From the human T2T-CHM13v2.0 reference genome, Homo sapiens, in assembly GCF_009914755.1 (NCBI RefSeq), contig NC_060931.1: DNA of 64,000 nucleotides. One strand, written 5' to 3'. Below the pieces are notes generated by a model. That model was given only the letters and a program-made list of their open reading frames with translations. It searched no databases and was not told the DNA's origin. The position numbers were made by a program, and so were the translations under genes. Of this stretch, positions 40,798-60,808 are shown piece by piece (position 1 is the first letter of the stretch; each line of letters begins with the position of its first letter).

Positions 40798-42568
40798 TCA
40801 CCCGCACCCCTGCCCAGCACACAGATGTGAGAGGTGCTCACTCCTTGGTCATCTTGCTGTCACAGCAAAGCCTTTCAGGAATGTAGTGGAGAGATGGGTG
40901 AAACACCTTTAGAAATGGAACGAAACTGTCATATTGTATATTCTTTTTTGGAAAACGAAAGTATACTTTTACTCACCCAGTTCCAACATATGACTGTCCT
41001 TACAAAGTATGTTTGTTATTTTTGGGGATTTTTCTTAACTTGAAAATGAAAGAAGGGAAAATGTACTGTAGTGAGCTCTCAGACTGCTTCTCATACGGGA
41101 GACAAAGACAGTGGAAGGGAAGCGCATCTGTGTGTTAAGGTGTGACTGCAGCCATGTCTGAATATGTTTGAGGACGGATAATATATCTGCCTTCTCCTTG
41201 GGTGAGGAGCATAGTAGTGCATATGTGTGTGGGCGCTAAAGCCTTAGCCAGGATGTTTACTAAGTACGTTCCTGGGAGAAGACTCTCCCATCATCAATTC
41301 CTCCAGCAATATGTCCTGCCTGGCCTGTGCTCGGTGGAGGAGGGGAGGAGAGCTAATCTCTGAGTGGTGCAATGGAAACATGGTCTACAAATATAGGAAC
41401 ACGGATGACTACACACAAGGACACGTGCAAGGGAAATATGCAGAAATATGTGGGCTTTTATAAGACTCTAAATCAGACTGGAATGGCACCATGCTTTGGT
41501 GGTTAACATGGAGTGTCATTTGGGGATCCGCAAGAGAAGTATGTTGAATAGAGTCTGTGCTTATTTGATGAAAGACTGGTCTTGAGAATGTTATAGCTAG
41601 TCTGTTTTAAATTAACACGCCAAATTTGGACCTACTCACTGTTTCCCAAAGTATAGGTTCCTTGATACTCCAACACCACTAAAATTGTTCAGCTCTCCCA
41701 GCAAGCTGGGTGAGGGGAACGTGGATGTTAGCAGTAGAATAGGTGAGCTTTATTATCCATGTCTCAGTCATGTTTCTTGGTCTCCGTTTTTCTCTGTGCG
41801 CATTTCCAAGAGGATGTTTGTTCCCAGGGGAAAGGTCAGTGGCAATAAAATGTATCTATCAAAATAGCAATTGTGTTGATCGCCAGAATAAAATGGCTTT
41901 GCCTCAAGGGGGTAAGCACTCACATGCATTAGGACAACCAGGCTTACAGCATAAATAAATCCAGGAAAATAGGAGTGCTCACACTAAACAAACAAAAGAT
42001 TTTGCCCTTGAAATGTGTAAGGATTCCTGACCTGAGGATTTTCTACAAGTTATTTTCTAACAATAACCAAAGTCCAGCGGACTAGGAGTCACTAATATAT
42101 TTTCTATATTCAATATGTCCATCTCCTTTGTTAGGAAGAATAAGAAACCTGCCTCACTGTAAGGATTTAGTTGAGACTAGGCATCTGACTTTCAAAATTC
42201 TACCTGCATAGAAGGTTTTGTTATCAGAAGAAGCTACCGATGTTTACATACCTCTTAATCAACTGATTTTAATTATGCCAGCCAATGAACATCCATTTAG
42301 CCCTTGCTACTGCATTGTTAGTCACTGGAACTGCAAACATGATTAAGATTGGTCTCTGACTTGAAGAGGATGACTGTCATGTAAGAAGTCACAAGAATTA
42401 AGATTATTCCCATTGAGAAAAGGGACACACAGTCTGAGGTCGCTGAGGATACTTTCAGGAAAGTGGTAAGATCTGATGGACAAAGAAAAGGATAGTAAAC
42501 CAGATGTCCAGACAGAGTGCCATATGGCAGAGAAAAGGTGTGTCAACTGGAGGCATCAGGAACTCCTA

Positions 42569-43274
42569 TGAGACGCGAGAGTTCCCTAGACCCCTTCACT
42601 GGACTTGCAACAGGGGTACAGCTCACTCAAACCTTTTGCGGGACGGCGAGCACACAGGCAAGTGGGTGCCGCCGCTGGGGTGAACGCTTTTGGTCTCCAG
42701 CCCCACAGCAGCGTCTACGGGTATGTTACAATTAATGCTGTTTTAACAGTTACTGTCTGGGGATGGCTAAGTGTTAACCAGCTCATTGGAGACAGGGTGA
42801 CAGACTTTTACCCCCTGCCCTCTTGGTACCCAGGTCCTTGTCTGGCATCCAGGAAGAATCAGGTCACACAGTTTTATTGAGTGATGGAGGTGGCTCTCAG
42901 TGGGATGAGGAGCTGGAAAGGGATGAAATGGGAAGATAATTCTCTTCAGTCATCCTCAGCGAAACTGCTTTCCAACTGTCCAGTTACCTCTTCAACATTC
43001 AGATGCTGCTTCTCCTCTTGATGTTCAGCCACTTGTTCTCTTCTCTCCTCTGCCACGCTGCTCTGCTCCTCTGCCAGTGGAGCTTGGGGTTTTTATGGTT
43101 ACAGGATTAGGGGGCATGGCAGGCCAGGGTGGTTTTGGAAAAAGCAGCATTTGGGTGGGAAAACAGGGCTGTGAATTTCTCATTTAGGGCTGTGGGCTCA
43201 GGTTTCTGTGTGGAACCCTTGCCAGGGACTCCACCCTCTTCTACCCAGTATTTCCCTGCCTCCTGTCCATATCA
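42569..43274 (-). mobile_element. Solo ERV1 LTR (MER52/LTR27 group)
   Basis: TG...CA termini with exact TSD CCTA (42565-68 / 43275-78); clearly related to 16760-17720. Confidence 0.82.
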
Positions 43275-43532
43275 CCTATACCTAGAATGTTGAGTTGGAA
43301 AAGTGACCCCAGGAAGGAAGGGGCAGGAGAGAAATCCAGCTCAAGGGAGTCTTTCTTCCCTATGCCAAGGAGTTCAGATTTACACCCAAAACAATCGTGG
43401 AATATTTTTAAATGTTCCTCCCTAGCTCTTGTCATTCTCCTTGCGTCATCTCAGGTAACTCCTTCCACTATCTCCGTATGTTCTGCTACTGTTTTTATCC
43501 GTAACCTCAAGGGAACCAGATTACCATTGTAA

Positions 43533-43992
<460 letters not shown>

Positions 43993-44058
43993 TACCATTG
44001 TAATTTTTTATCACTATATTTAATATATTTCGAAGGTACATATTATTTAAAGAAGGTC

Positions 44059-44453
<395 letters not shown>

Positions 44454-45498
44454 TCACTCACTCACAAAGTATCCAAATATCTAGTAAATATCTCCACCTG
44501 GGTGCCCCATTAGCACCTCCAACTCAATATGTCCAATACAAAACTAATTAATTCCTCATCACCTAAAAGGGCTCCTCCTCCCATAGTCCCAACCCAAGCC
44601 AAACTGTCTGCAAGCTGGGACTTCCTCAACCCTTCAACTCCTTGTCCCTTTCTAGCCTTCAAAAGGCAGGGTAGAGAAGATTGTTGACTTTGGAACGAAC
44701 CCTACACCTGGGTTCTAATTTTAGCTAGACTATTCACAAGCTTGGTGACTTTCTAGAAGGATATGGACTAAATAGTGTCCAGAGAAGAGTAATTATAATG
44801 TCAAAAGGTCTGGAAAAGATGGGCAGTAACGGTGCAAGTTTTCATTCCTGAAAAATAGCTTTTGGTCTTTGAAGGGTGGCTTATGCCAGGGAATTGTATA
44901 CATTCATAACCAAATCTTCCTGTGCTTATGGTTTATGGGTAGCATGACTTATCAGGCAATTTACTGTAAATGGACAAGTTCATAATTGAAACCACATCCA
45001 TGCTTCAGTATATAATCTAAAGACTATATAAACCAAACTCTTCAAGGATGCGTAGAATAAACAGACCATGTCGGACCAAGAAGTTCTCATTAGCTAAAGA
45101 ACTTTTATTCTTTGTCTATTTTATTGTTCACTGTATATCCTCAGCACTTGGAATGAAGTCTGACATATAGTAGGCATTCTATAAAGATTTAGTGAATAAG
45201 TAAATGAATAAATTTGAAGAGAAGATTCAGGTTTAAAAAAGAAAGCCAAGGTTTTTATTATATGTTTTTATATAAACCAGTTTTATTCCCACAGGATAAT
45301 TTTAGGATTAATCTTATATCTGATGATAAGCCTAAATAAATGAAAGATCTTTGCATTCTTGGGCTGACATTTGGGATTGGGAATATTAATCCACACTACC
45401 TACCCCAGAAAATCCTGAAGGGAAATGGGAAAGTGAGCTGATGAGAAAGTAGCTGACTACACTGTACTACGTGTTGGCTCTCCCCATTTCCCTGCCTA

Positions 45499-45852
<354 letters not shown>

Positions 45853-46058
45853 TCAGTGGTCTCTTTTGCATCCCCCAGTTAAAGACTTGGGGAATATGAA
45901 ATCCTTGAATACTCAAGAGTTAAGTTCACTTTCATTTGTAGCTTGCTTAGTGTCTGTGCTTTTACTCAGTCAACTGATAGTTGAGATAATTTGGAATATA
46001 TATACGTATCTATCTAAAAAGTATAATTTTCCTGGTCCTAAACAAGAATATCAAGTCT

Positions 46059-46378
<320 letters not shown>

Positions 46379-47490
46379 GAATATCAAGTCTAAAAGAGAA
46401 AGGATTAAATCACATGTGTTGAAAGAATCTGGAATCTCCCTTTTTGGTTGCCATATTTCCAAGAGAAGAGGAGGAAAAAGGGCTCTACCTGCTTTTCATC
46501 ATTATCCCGGATAATCTTGGAAGTCCATAGCCCAGGAATAAATTAGTGTTAGAAAACGGAGTATGTAGCAATGTTCTCCCTGAATCATAACATAAACCTG
46601 TTTGCCTGGTGTGTACACATTTCATTGTACCAAATAAGTACTTCTAAATTCTTTTTACATTTAACTGGTGCCATCCAGTAGCCAGAGCTTGCTTTAGACT
46701 AAGGTGACCTGCTTCTGTTGGAAGATTTACCTTAACTTCTCCAACAGAAGACCAACAAATGTGAATTGTTTCTGAAGTTGGATTAGGTCCTATGGATGAC
46801 AGAAGATAGTCTGCTGACTTGCAGATGGACTTCGGGATCTATTTGCCTTTACCGGGCTTAAAATTTGTTTTATCTTAGAGAAATACCTAAATTTAACACA
46901 ACTGATTCTTACGTTTGTAATAGGGAAAGAAATAGAAAATTCACTAGGCAGTTAATATTCTTAACTGTTTTGAATTATTACCCCCTTACAAATTCCTAAA
47001 GTGTGCCAGTGTCTTATTACAGCCATGAAAAATACAAGTTTAAAGGAATGATTCCTTTTTAAACTTTTTAATACTGTAGCTGTAAAAAGCTCATCTACAA
47101 ATACATTGAATGCCACCAGTTGTGCATGGGGTTAAAAGTGGATGGGAAGCAGATTTCAACCAAATGTAAGAAACATATTCAAATGCATAAACTCGTCTGT
47201 CTGTGGAACTAGAGCAGGCCAGCTCAGGTAGCTCTAGGATTCTCTAATATTGCTCCAAGTGGGAAGTCGTGTTTACCTAGGCCTTGTGCAAAGAGAAACA
47301 GCAGGAACAGGGATGGAGGCTGTTGTGATTCTTGTGGGAGACAATGGCAAGACGGGTCCATCTGAAATGGAGATTTCATTTGGGAAAACAGGAAGTGTTG
47401 AAGAGTTGCATGAAGAAATAGGTATCAAATTATTTGGGATCAATAGTATACTTGACTCTGACACTTGACTCTTTCTTTCTTTCTGTACAG

Positions 47491-47571
47491 CCAGTGCAGA
47501 TTTTCCATATAATCCAGGACAAGGCCAAGCTATAAGAAATGGAGTCAACAGAAACTCGGCTATCATTGGAG
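47491..47571 (+). CDS. CNTNAP2: CNTNAP2 penultimate coding exon (exon 23), 81 nt, phase 1-1
   Basis: ctttctttctttctgtacAG acceptor and G|GTAGGT donor. Encodes (A)[26 protein letters not shown], in frame with both neighbouring exons. Confidence 0.97.
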
Positions 47572-47735
47572 GTAGGTGATGTCTAGAGGAGGCTTATATG
47601 GGGCTACTCAACTATGGAAAGTAATAGTTGTCAATAACATAGTAGTCTAGGAAAAAAAGTTCTCTAGGTTTTTACATTATTCATTTTGCTGTTTAAAGAT
47701 TATGACATATGATGTGAAGAAATATAGTAAATATA

Positions 47736-48165
<430 letters not shown>

Positions 48166-48231
48166 TTATCCCCCTCGGATATTTTTCAGTCTTATCCTTT
48201 CGCATCCCAAATGGTCCAGGATAGCGTACTA

Positions 48232-48990
<759 letters not shown>

Positions 48991-49164
48991 AATGTATCAG
49001 AAGATTTAACAAGCTGTAGCATCTAAAATATTCCAGTGTTTTCTTCTCACCATGGACAGCTACATAATAATTTGACTCTCCTCGGATAGCCACTGAGCCT
49101 CATGCGTAGATCGATATTGACATCCCTGTTACCATTAAGATCCCAATCCTCACTGTCTTTTGCT

Positions 49165-53150
<3,986 letters not shown>

Positions 53151-53322
53151 CTTCATGGACAAAAACAGACATCTTACTTCATTTTTGTTATCTTTGTTGT
53201 TTTGGAGGTTGTGTTTTATATGGGAGAGGGCTGTGTCTGACGGAGCTGTAGTGAAGTGGGGACAGTGTTGGAGGGACTCCCAAGCCCTGTCTAACCTCTC
53301 GTGCTTCTCCTTTCTCCGTCAG

Positions 53323-53522
53323 GCGTCATTGCTGTGGTGATTTTCACCATCCTGTGCACCCTGGTCTTCCTGATCCGGTACATGTTCCGCCACAAGGGCA
53401 CCTACCATACCAACGAAGCAAAGGGGGCGGAGTCGGCAGAGAGCGCGGACGCCGCCATCATGAACAACGACCCCAACTTCACAGAGACCATTGATGAAAG
53501 CAAAAAGGAATGGCTCATTTGA
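53323..53522 (+). CDS. CNTNAP2: CNTNAP2 last coding exon (exon 24): TM helix, protein 4.1-binding juxtamembrane motif, PDZ-binding C-terminus
   Basis: Branch-point CTAAC at 53291-95, pyrimidine tract, AG at 53321-22. Encodes (G)[65 protein letters not shown] with TGA at 53520-22. Confidence 0.98.
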
Positions 53523-56500
53523 GGGGTGGCTACTTGGCTATGGGATAGGGAGGAGGGAATTACTAGGGAGGAGAGAAAGGGACAAAAGCACCCTGCTTCA
53601 TACTCTTGAGCACATCCTTAAAATATCAGCACAAGTTGGGGGAGGCAGGCAATGGAATATAATGGAATATTCTTGAGACTGATCACAAAAAAAAAAACCT
53701 TTTTAATATTTCTTTATAGCTGAGTTTTCCCTTCTGTATCAAAACAAAATAATACAAAAAATGCTTTTAGAGTTTAAGCAATGGTTGAAATTTGTAGGTA
53801 CTATCTGTCTTATTTTGTGTGTGTTTAGAGGTGTTCTAAAGACCCGTGGTAACAGGGCAAGTTTTCTACGTTTTTAAGAGCCCTTAGAACGTGGGTATTT
53901 TTTTTCTTGAGAAAAGCTAATGCACCTACAGATGGCCCCCAACATTCTCTTCCTTTTGCTTCTAGTCAACCTTAATGGGCTGTTACAGAAACTAGTTCGT
54001 GTTTATATACTATTTCCTTTGATGTCCTATAAGTCGGAAAAGAAAGGGGCAAAGAGAACCTATTATTTGCCAGTTTTTAAGCAGAGCTCAATCTATGCCA
54101 GCTCTCTGGCATCTGGGGTTCCTGACTGATACCAGCAGTTGAAGGAAGAGAGTGCATGGCACCTGGTGTGTAACGACACAATCAGCACAACTGGAGAGAG
54201 GCATTAAAGAACCAGGGAAGGTAGTTTGATTTTTCATTGAATTCTACAAGCTAATATTGTTCCACGTATGTAGTCTTAGACCAATAGCTGTAACTATCAG
54301 CTGCAATACCATGGTGACCAGCTGTTACAAAAGATTTTTTCCTGTTTTATCTGAAACATACTGGATTTATATATGTATAAGCGCCTCAATGGGGAATTAG
54401 AGCCAGATGTTATGATTTGTTTGCTCTTTTTCTTTTATAGTTATAGCAAAAATATGGATAATTTCTAGTGAATGCATAAATTAGGTTGCGTTTCTTATTT
54501 TGCTTTAAATCTCTGGTAGTTTTTCCACCCCTGTGACACAATCCTAATAGACAGTGTCCTGTAAATGGACACAACACAATAAAGTCAAGTTATTATTGCT
54601 GTTACTCTGGATGATATGGAAAACACTGCCATATTTTAAATCAACTACTCCACGTGTTTTTCCATCCAATCACACTGCTGTGATTCAGGGATCTTTCTTC
54701 TAAGACGGACACATTTGAACCTCAGGTTCATCACAAACCTGGTACCTGTTGCTTCCCAGAGGATGGAGAAGTGTAGTTAATCACACCTCTTAGTTTAATC
54801 TGAAATCTTGACCCAGTTATTTAACAAATAAATACCTCATTGATTATATTTAAAAGTAATACACTTCCTGTAAACAAATGGGGACAATGCATCCAAAAAA
54901 TCTTTTTAAACAGATTACACAAAAATTATTTCCAGAAAGGCTACCATTTATCATCATTATATTTCAAGCCTCTTATACTTAATAAGCACTTTCTAAAAAG
55001 TCTTGAGATCCCACCATTCTGAGGAATTCAATATGATCACTTTTTCCTTCTTTGCCTGGGAGAGGTTAAGAGGAGGTTTCGAAGGTATAGATGCTATTGT
55101 TCTGATGGCCCGGCTGAATAAAATGGAAATTCTAGTTTGTTAGAATTATGCATTCTTTTTCAAGATTCTCAGTGTGCCTAACTTATTGGAGCACATCAGT
55201 TTCTTGGGTAATGGAAAACATTACCTAGAGTTGCCAGTGGCACATTACACCAGTACAGAGCACATTCCAAAGGAGACATTGGACCAGTTAATTCCCATAC
55301 AAGTCAAGGTAACAGAACAAAAGGGAATCCTGATGCCCTTTTACCATTGCTGGTTGAGCTCAGGCACTGTCATGGACACCCTTAATTTTAAAAGGTTTTA
55401 ATCATTCTTCTATAAAATACATTTAAAATGGAAAAATACTTAATATCACTAAATATCAGAACAATGTAACATTTACAAATGACATATTGAAAGCAAAGGC
55501 TGTTTTATTTAGCCAAGATGATTACCATTAGGAGTTACTTTATGTATTGTTGAAAGCAAATTTTAAACATGATGTTTTAGAAGTGTTTCTGATTTTTAAA
55601 CCTGGTTTACAGGTATTACTTCTGCACTTACCAAATAATGCCAGATGGAAATTTATTATTTCTTGCAATTCCCATGATAGCTCTGTTCTTTATGCATTGT
55701 CTCAACACTTTCCCTTTTTTCCCAAAATGAGTAGAGAATTAAAGCCACCCAAAACAGCTTCTGCTACTAAAATGTTCTCATCCTTTCTCCTCCCTCTCCT
55801 TTTCCTGCCACAAAAGGTGAAAAATGAGATCCAATCCTCTCACCAAAATTTCAAACCTAGGACACTGGAATGACTGCAGGGATCAGTGGTTCTCCCATAT
55901 CACCATCAATTAAGACATATAGGACACTGTCTTCCTTCAAGAGGGTTACAATGTGGCCATCAGACAGGAAACCAAACGGTGGATAAAGTATTAAGTAACT
56001 AAGTGCCAAATAAATGCTGGAAATCTTGACCTCTCCTTGGGATTATGGGTGTAACAAAAATCCCTACATCTGTTTATGAAGGCCATATTCAGTACATTTT
56101 AAATGGTAAATAATCTGTTTATGTGAAGAAAAAGAATTAAGTCTTTCTTCCAACTCTCTCCTTGGATAGCCTAGCACAGTGCAGCCTCCATAACCATGAC
56201 ATTCCCGCCCAAGCTCTCAGTGCCTAATCCTGCTTTGTCATTCACATCTCACAAAATCTTGACATCTTACATTCCAATACATTATCAAGCAAGCACAAGT
56301 ATGCTGGTAGTAGCCTCTTTAAATAATATGTATAGACAACAACAACGACAAAAAATAGACTGTTTTAAAGTTTCAGGGAAAGTTGGTGGCTGATTTAAAG
56401 TTGTGCAGGAAACATCTTCTGTGTATGAAGCAAATGTCGATGTTTTGAAAAGCTAGGAGATGACTTTGAATGAATGCAAGGTTAGTGAGATCCTAAGCTC

Positions 56501-57318
56501 TCAAAATAGCATATTCCCTAGAGCTCAAGAAAGCTGGTCCAGGAGGTTGAAAAAGCTATTTTGTTGTTAAATTATTTTCTGGCCCTTCTTAATATTTAAA
56601 AATGTATTTCCCCTTGTGGCTTTCAACCACCTGCTCAAAAAAAGAGACTTGTTACATGAAAGTTTTCATTAAAGAGCTGAAAACAAGAATTTAGAGAGCC
56701 ATTCCTAGAAAATGTCCTACTGCCCTGCATTTGACAAACAAGCATCCTTTACTAACAAGAGCAGGAATTCAGAGGCACAAGAAAAAGCATTGGCATGAGC
56801 CAAAGAGTCTGTCTTAATGTTACTTTTGAAAATCTGCTGAGCGGCCACCATATGCAGGCTGAGAGCTGGGCACAGGCGAAGCCATTGGAAGCACTTCAGG
56901 AACAAGCACACAGCTGTGGGACTTGAACATGCAAGTGTTCAGGTTGTGTCAAGAAGCTTTTCTTTCCTTCTATGATGGAATCTGTTCTTTTCTATCCTAC
57001 TTTTTTCTCTCTTCCTCTCCTCACCACATTATACCCTGCTCTTACGCAGTAAACGTTTTAATGGCCCGTTTATGTCTCATGCCTCCAAACAACACTGAAT
57101 TTGAAACCCCCCATTTTTTCTTTTCACCACCCTGTTGAGCAATTTTCCCAAAAAAAGGGCAGCAATTATTAAATTGAATTCAAGTAAGCCAGCCAAAGAT
57201 AGGTCCTAAATTGCTAGTCCCAGTAGAACCACCTGATCCTAAACCAGTGCGAAACAAACAGTAACAATGTCCCCAGCTGACTTCAGCTAAGAACCAATGG
57301 CTCCTACCCCCGCCCCGC

Positions 57319-57648
57319 TTTTTTTTGTTGTTTTTTGTTTTGTTTTGAGACGGAGTCTTGCTCTGTCCCCCAGGCTGGAGTGCACTGGCGCAATCTCGGG
57401 CTCACTGCAACCTCCTCCTCCTCCCACATTGAGGCGATTCTCCTGCCTCAGCCTCCCAAGTAGCTGGGATTACAGGCACCCGCCATCACACCCAGCTAAT
57501 TTTTTTTTTTTTTTTGTATTATTAGTAGAAGCCAGGTTTCACCATGTTGGCCAGGGTGGTCTCGAACTCCTGACCTCAAGTGATCCGTCCACCTCGGCCT
57601 TGCAAATTGCTGGGATTACAGGTGTGAGCCACCGTGCCGAGCCAGCCC
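57319..57648 (-). mobile_element. Alu inside the CNTNAP2 3'UTR
   Basis: Antisense dimeric Alu. Confidence 0.92.
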
Positions 57649-58858
57649 CATTTTTTAAATGATGTTTTGGTTAAGAGTGGACCATGAGAATTAGCTGACA
57701 GCATCCCCTTTCTCTCTCCCTGCCTTGGTGGGACCCTCCCTGTGTGACCTTGGTCAAGTCCTCGAACTTTTGTCCCGTATTTAAGATGGAGTTGTTTTAC
57801 CTACTTCATAAGACAGTTGCGAGGTGCCATTGATTCTTGACTGCAAAATACCTTGAAACCCTTATATAAAGACTGAAGTCAACGGAGCCTAGTGAAAGAC
57901 TTACTTTGTGGCTTGTGGTTGAAAGTCACATCAAAAGACAAATGTGGCCACGTTCAGGAATTGGAGACTTACTGGCATGGCTCTACAGCTGCTCAGTTAT
58001 TAATCATGCAGACTAACCTGTCAACACTGGGAGATGCAACATAGCAAAAGGACAGAGAAATTAGAATTTTTTGTGCAGAAAGCCCTAAATTCCCACCTGA
58101 ATGTAACTTACAGCTCCCTTACCTACTCTCACACATGCCCTCAAACATGCTAGATTGGCTTATACATAGGCCAACACAAAATACAAACGTGACGTGTTCA
58201 TGTAGCCTAGTGGCTATATGCCTATTCTCCATGTACCCTGCATGGTAGTGCTGGAAACTTTAAAGTACATTTCTTTCACAGCAGTATTTTTTTTCATAAG
58301 TGGCATATAAATCTCATTCAATGAAATGGGGAAATCACGTTGAGAAGTTGGTCTGTCATCTCCCATTGAGCAAAGACTGGCAGGAGATAATAAAAATAAA
58401 TATGGGCACACATGTATTAATATACAGCACGCATTTACAAGTTTATTTTCCAGATAAAATTGTGCTATAAGAACAGCTCTACCAAGACAGTCTGCACCAT
58501 TTCCAAGTCTCAGTTAATTTACAGCAACTGCTGCTTTTGGAGATGGCTGTGAAAATATGGAAGTTCCTCTCAAGTAGGCCAAGAAACAGTTCTAGATTTT
58601 ACTAAGTTTTATTTTGTCAGGTTTTTTAAATTTTTTCAGTGAGCGTGGTGACTGCAGAGGTTAGTGCTGTGAAAAGCTGGGCTAAATATTCTTTCTGTAA
58701 AGTCAAACAGGATTCCATCCCCTGTGAAATAACACAAAATTTCACTCTCTAAAAGCAACAGCATGTAAACTAGAATGAAAGAAGGAAATTATGTACGTAT
58801 GCCTAATATTCTTTGTGAATGTCTTTCATTTAACTAAAATTATATTAGAAACCAGATT

Positions 58859-58864
58859 AATAAA
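58859..58864 (+). terminator. Probable distal polyadenylation signal
   Basis: AATAAA with upstream TGTA motifs (~58764, ~58792) and a downstream GU/U-rich element (cttcgtgttttgt, ~58901-58913). Confidence 0.75.
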
Positions 58865-59356
58865 AAATTCAAAGTAGTTTTAATTATCCTAAAAGCGATT
58901 CTTCGTGTTTTGTACCACTTGTCTCTCTTAAGAGCAATTTTCAACCTTCAGCAAAAGTTAAGTTCCAAGCACTGAAATATAAGCCTACTGAGAATATCGT
59001 CTTTCCACAAGTTGTGGAGATATAGTCACTCCTAAAAGGTCTGATTTGGGTATGTCCATGGTTAACCTCCTACCACAAATAGCTCCCCGTTAAAAGAGGA
59101 GTTTTTCTTAAAGTGGCTTAGTAGACATTGACTTTGGTTAGTTTACACCCATCTTGATAAAATGTGGTTCGAGTTCAGTTATCTCCAGAATATATTCTGA
59201 TCCTTATTTGGAATGAGGGAGTAACACTGGATAGTGGGCACATGGATCCAAGCCAGGGAACTAGACAGCAAGGACTCGGCATGCATCGGAGGTGCGAAGC
59301 TTCCTAAATGCACTCCGTGTGCTTTTAGAGCTAAGTTATTACTCTCACTTGCTAGT

Positions 59357-59820
59357 TGTTCTGCAGCGAGCAGCTCTATGCAAACCACCCCTGCAAACCA
59401 AGGAAGCTGAGAGGCCAAAGAAAGAGGCTGAGAATTCCAATTTCTCAGAAAGAAACATTTCATAGGGAATTACAAACAGAGGCCATGTCTCAGGCAGCCA
59501 CTAGACAGATGATGAATGCCTGCACTGTTACCCCCCCATGCCCCCCACACCCTGGACCCAGGGCTTATCCACCATAGGGAAAGGGTCTACAGACTTAAGA
59601 AGGGATGTGTAAGACAATTGCTTAAGGGTAGGGTTTACAGTAAGTATGATAACATCAGAGTTGTTTTGACCTAAGGGTGGGATTTATGGTTAAGTACATG
59701 CCTTTACATAAGGAATCACAGAGAAAATAAAAACCTTAGAGGCATTCCTGGAGGAACTGGAGTTAATCAGAACTCAACATAGCAGATTCACATTCAAGAT
59801 GAAGTTGCTTAGCCTCCACA
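59357..59820 (-). mobile_element. Solo ERV1 LTR (MER83/MER84-like)
   Basis: Minus strand begins TGTGGAGGCTAAGCAACTTCATCTTG; TG...CA termini; near-TSD ctagt/ctggt. Confidence 0.6.
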
Positions 59821-60259
59821 CTGGTCTTCAATGACCATGACTATTGGGAAGCCATTTCCTTTTAATCAATTCTCAGTGAGGCATCTAAACGTATACCAAA
59901 TAAATGTGAATTCCAGTTAAAAGCCCAAGTCCTCTGTTCTTCAGCAATCCCCAAGGCCAATCAATAGCAATTGCACTGCAGTATGTTCAGAAAGCATCAA
60001 GCGTCAAAAAGATTGGTCATGAATGCTTCGCGAATGTGATCCAACAGGTACAGAGAGAATGTCATCAAGTCCCTTGAGAAAAGAAAATCTGCACCATGAA
60101 AGTTCTTAACAAATTTTAAAAAGATGAGTCAGCAAGTTGAGGGTTTAACATCGCCAACAAAAGGTTTTGGCCACAATATGCTGACTTCCTTTCTCTGTCC
60201 CAGCAACAATAAACTCTGTATACATACATATGTTCCAGGAGGATAGCAACTTTCTTTTG

Positions 60260-60808
60260 TACAAATAAACGCCCTTCATATCCATGGGTTCCTCATGCAG
60301 ATTCAACTGACCTCAGATCAAAAATAGTCAAAAAAGTTGAAATTAACAATGCAAAAAAATACAAATTAAAAGAGTACAAGTGATTCTCAATTTATGATGG
60401 AATTGGTTACATGCTGATAAACACATCATAAATTGAAAATATTGTAAGCAGAAGTGTGTTTTCCACTTAAGATATTTTTTATTTACCCTGGGTTTATCCA
60501 GGTCATAGCCCCATCCAAGTCAAGAAATATACTGAATGTGTATCACTTTTACATCATCATAAAATCAAGAAACCATAAGCCAAACCATCATAAATCAGGG
60601 ACCTTCTGTATAACTACTATATACATAGCATTTACATTGTATCAGGTATTATAAGTAATCTAGAGATTATTTAAATTAGATGGGAGGATGTATCTAGGTT
60701 ATATGCAAATATGTACCATTTTATATAAGGGACGTGAGCATCCATGGATTTTGGTATCTGCAGGGAGTCCTGGAACCAATTCCCCATGGATACTGAGGGA
60801 CAACTGTA
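60260..60808. mobile_element. MER2-like element with a nested Tigger4a/MER46-like insert (~60375-60610)
   Basis: Ends ...ggatactgagggacaactgta; inner element bounded by TA dinucleotides. Confidence 0.6.

Larger units (their letters stand above)
53523..58890 (+). other. CNTNAP2: CNTNAP2 long 3'UTR (end approximate)
   Basis: Repeat-poor AT-rich sequence (one Alu) from the stop codon to a poly(A) signal with canonical flanks. Confidence 0.8.

Noticed and set aside
53301-53322. ORF-track N-terminus MLLLSPS on the last exon
   Set aside because: This is the polypyrimidine tract and acceptor; the true exon starts at 53323.
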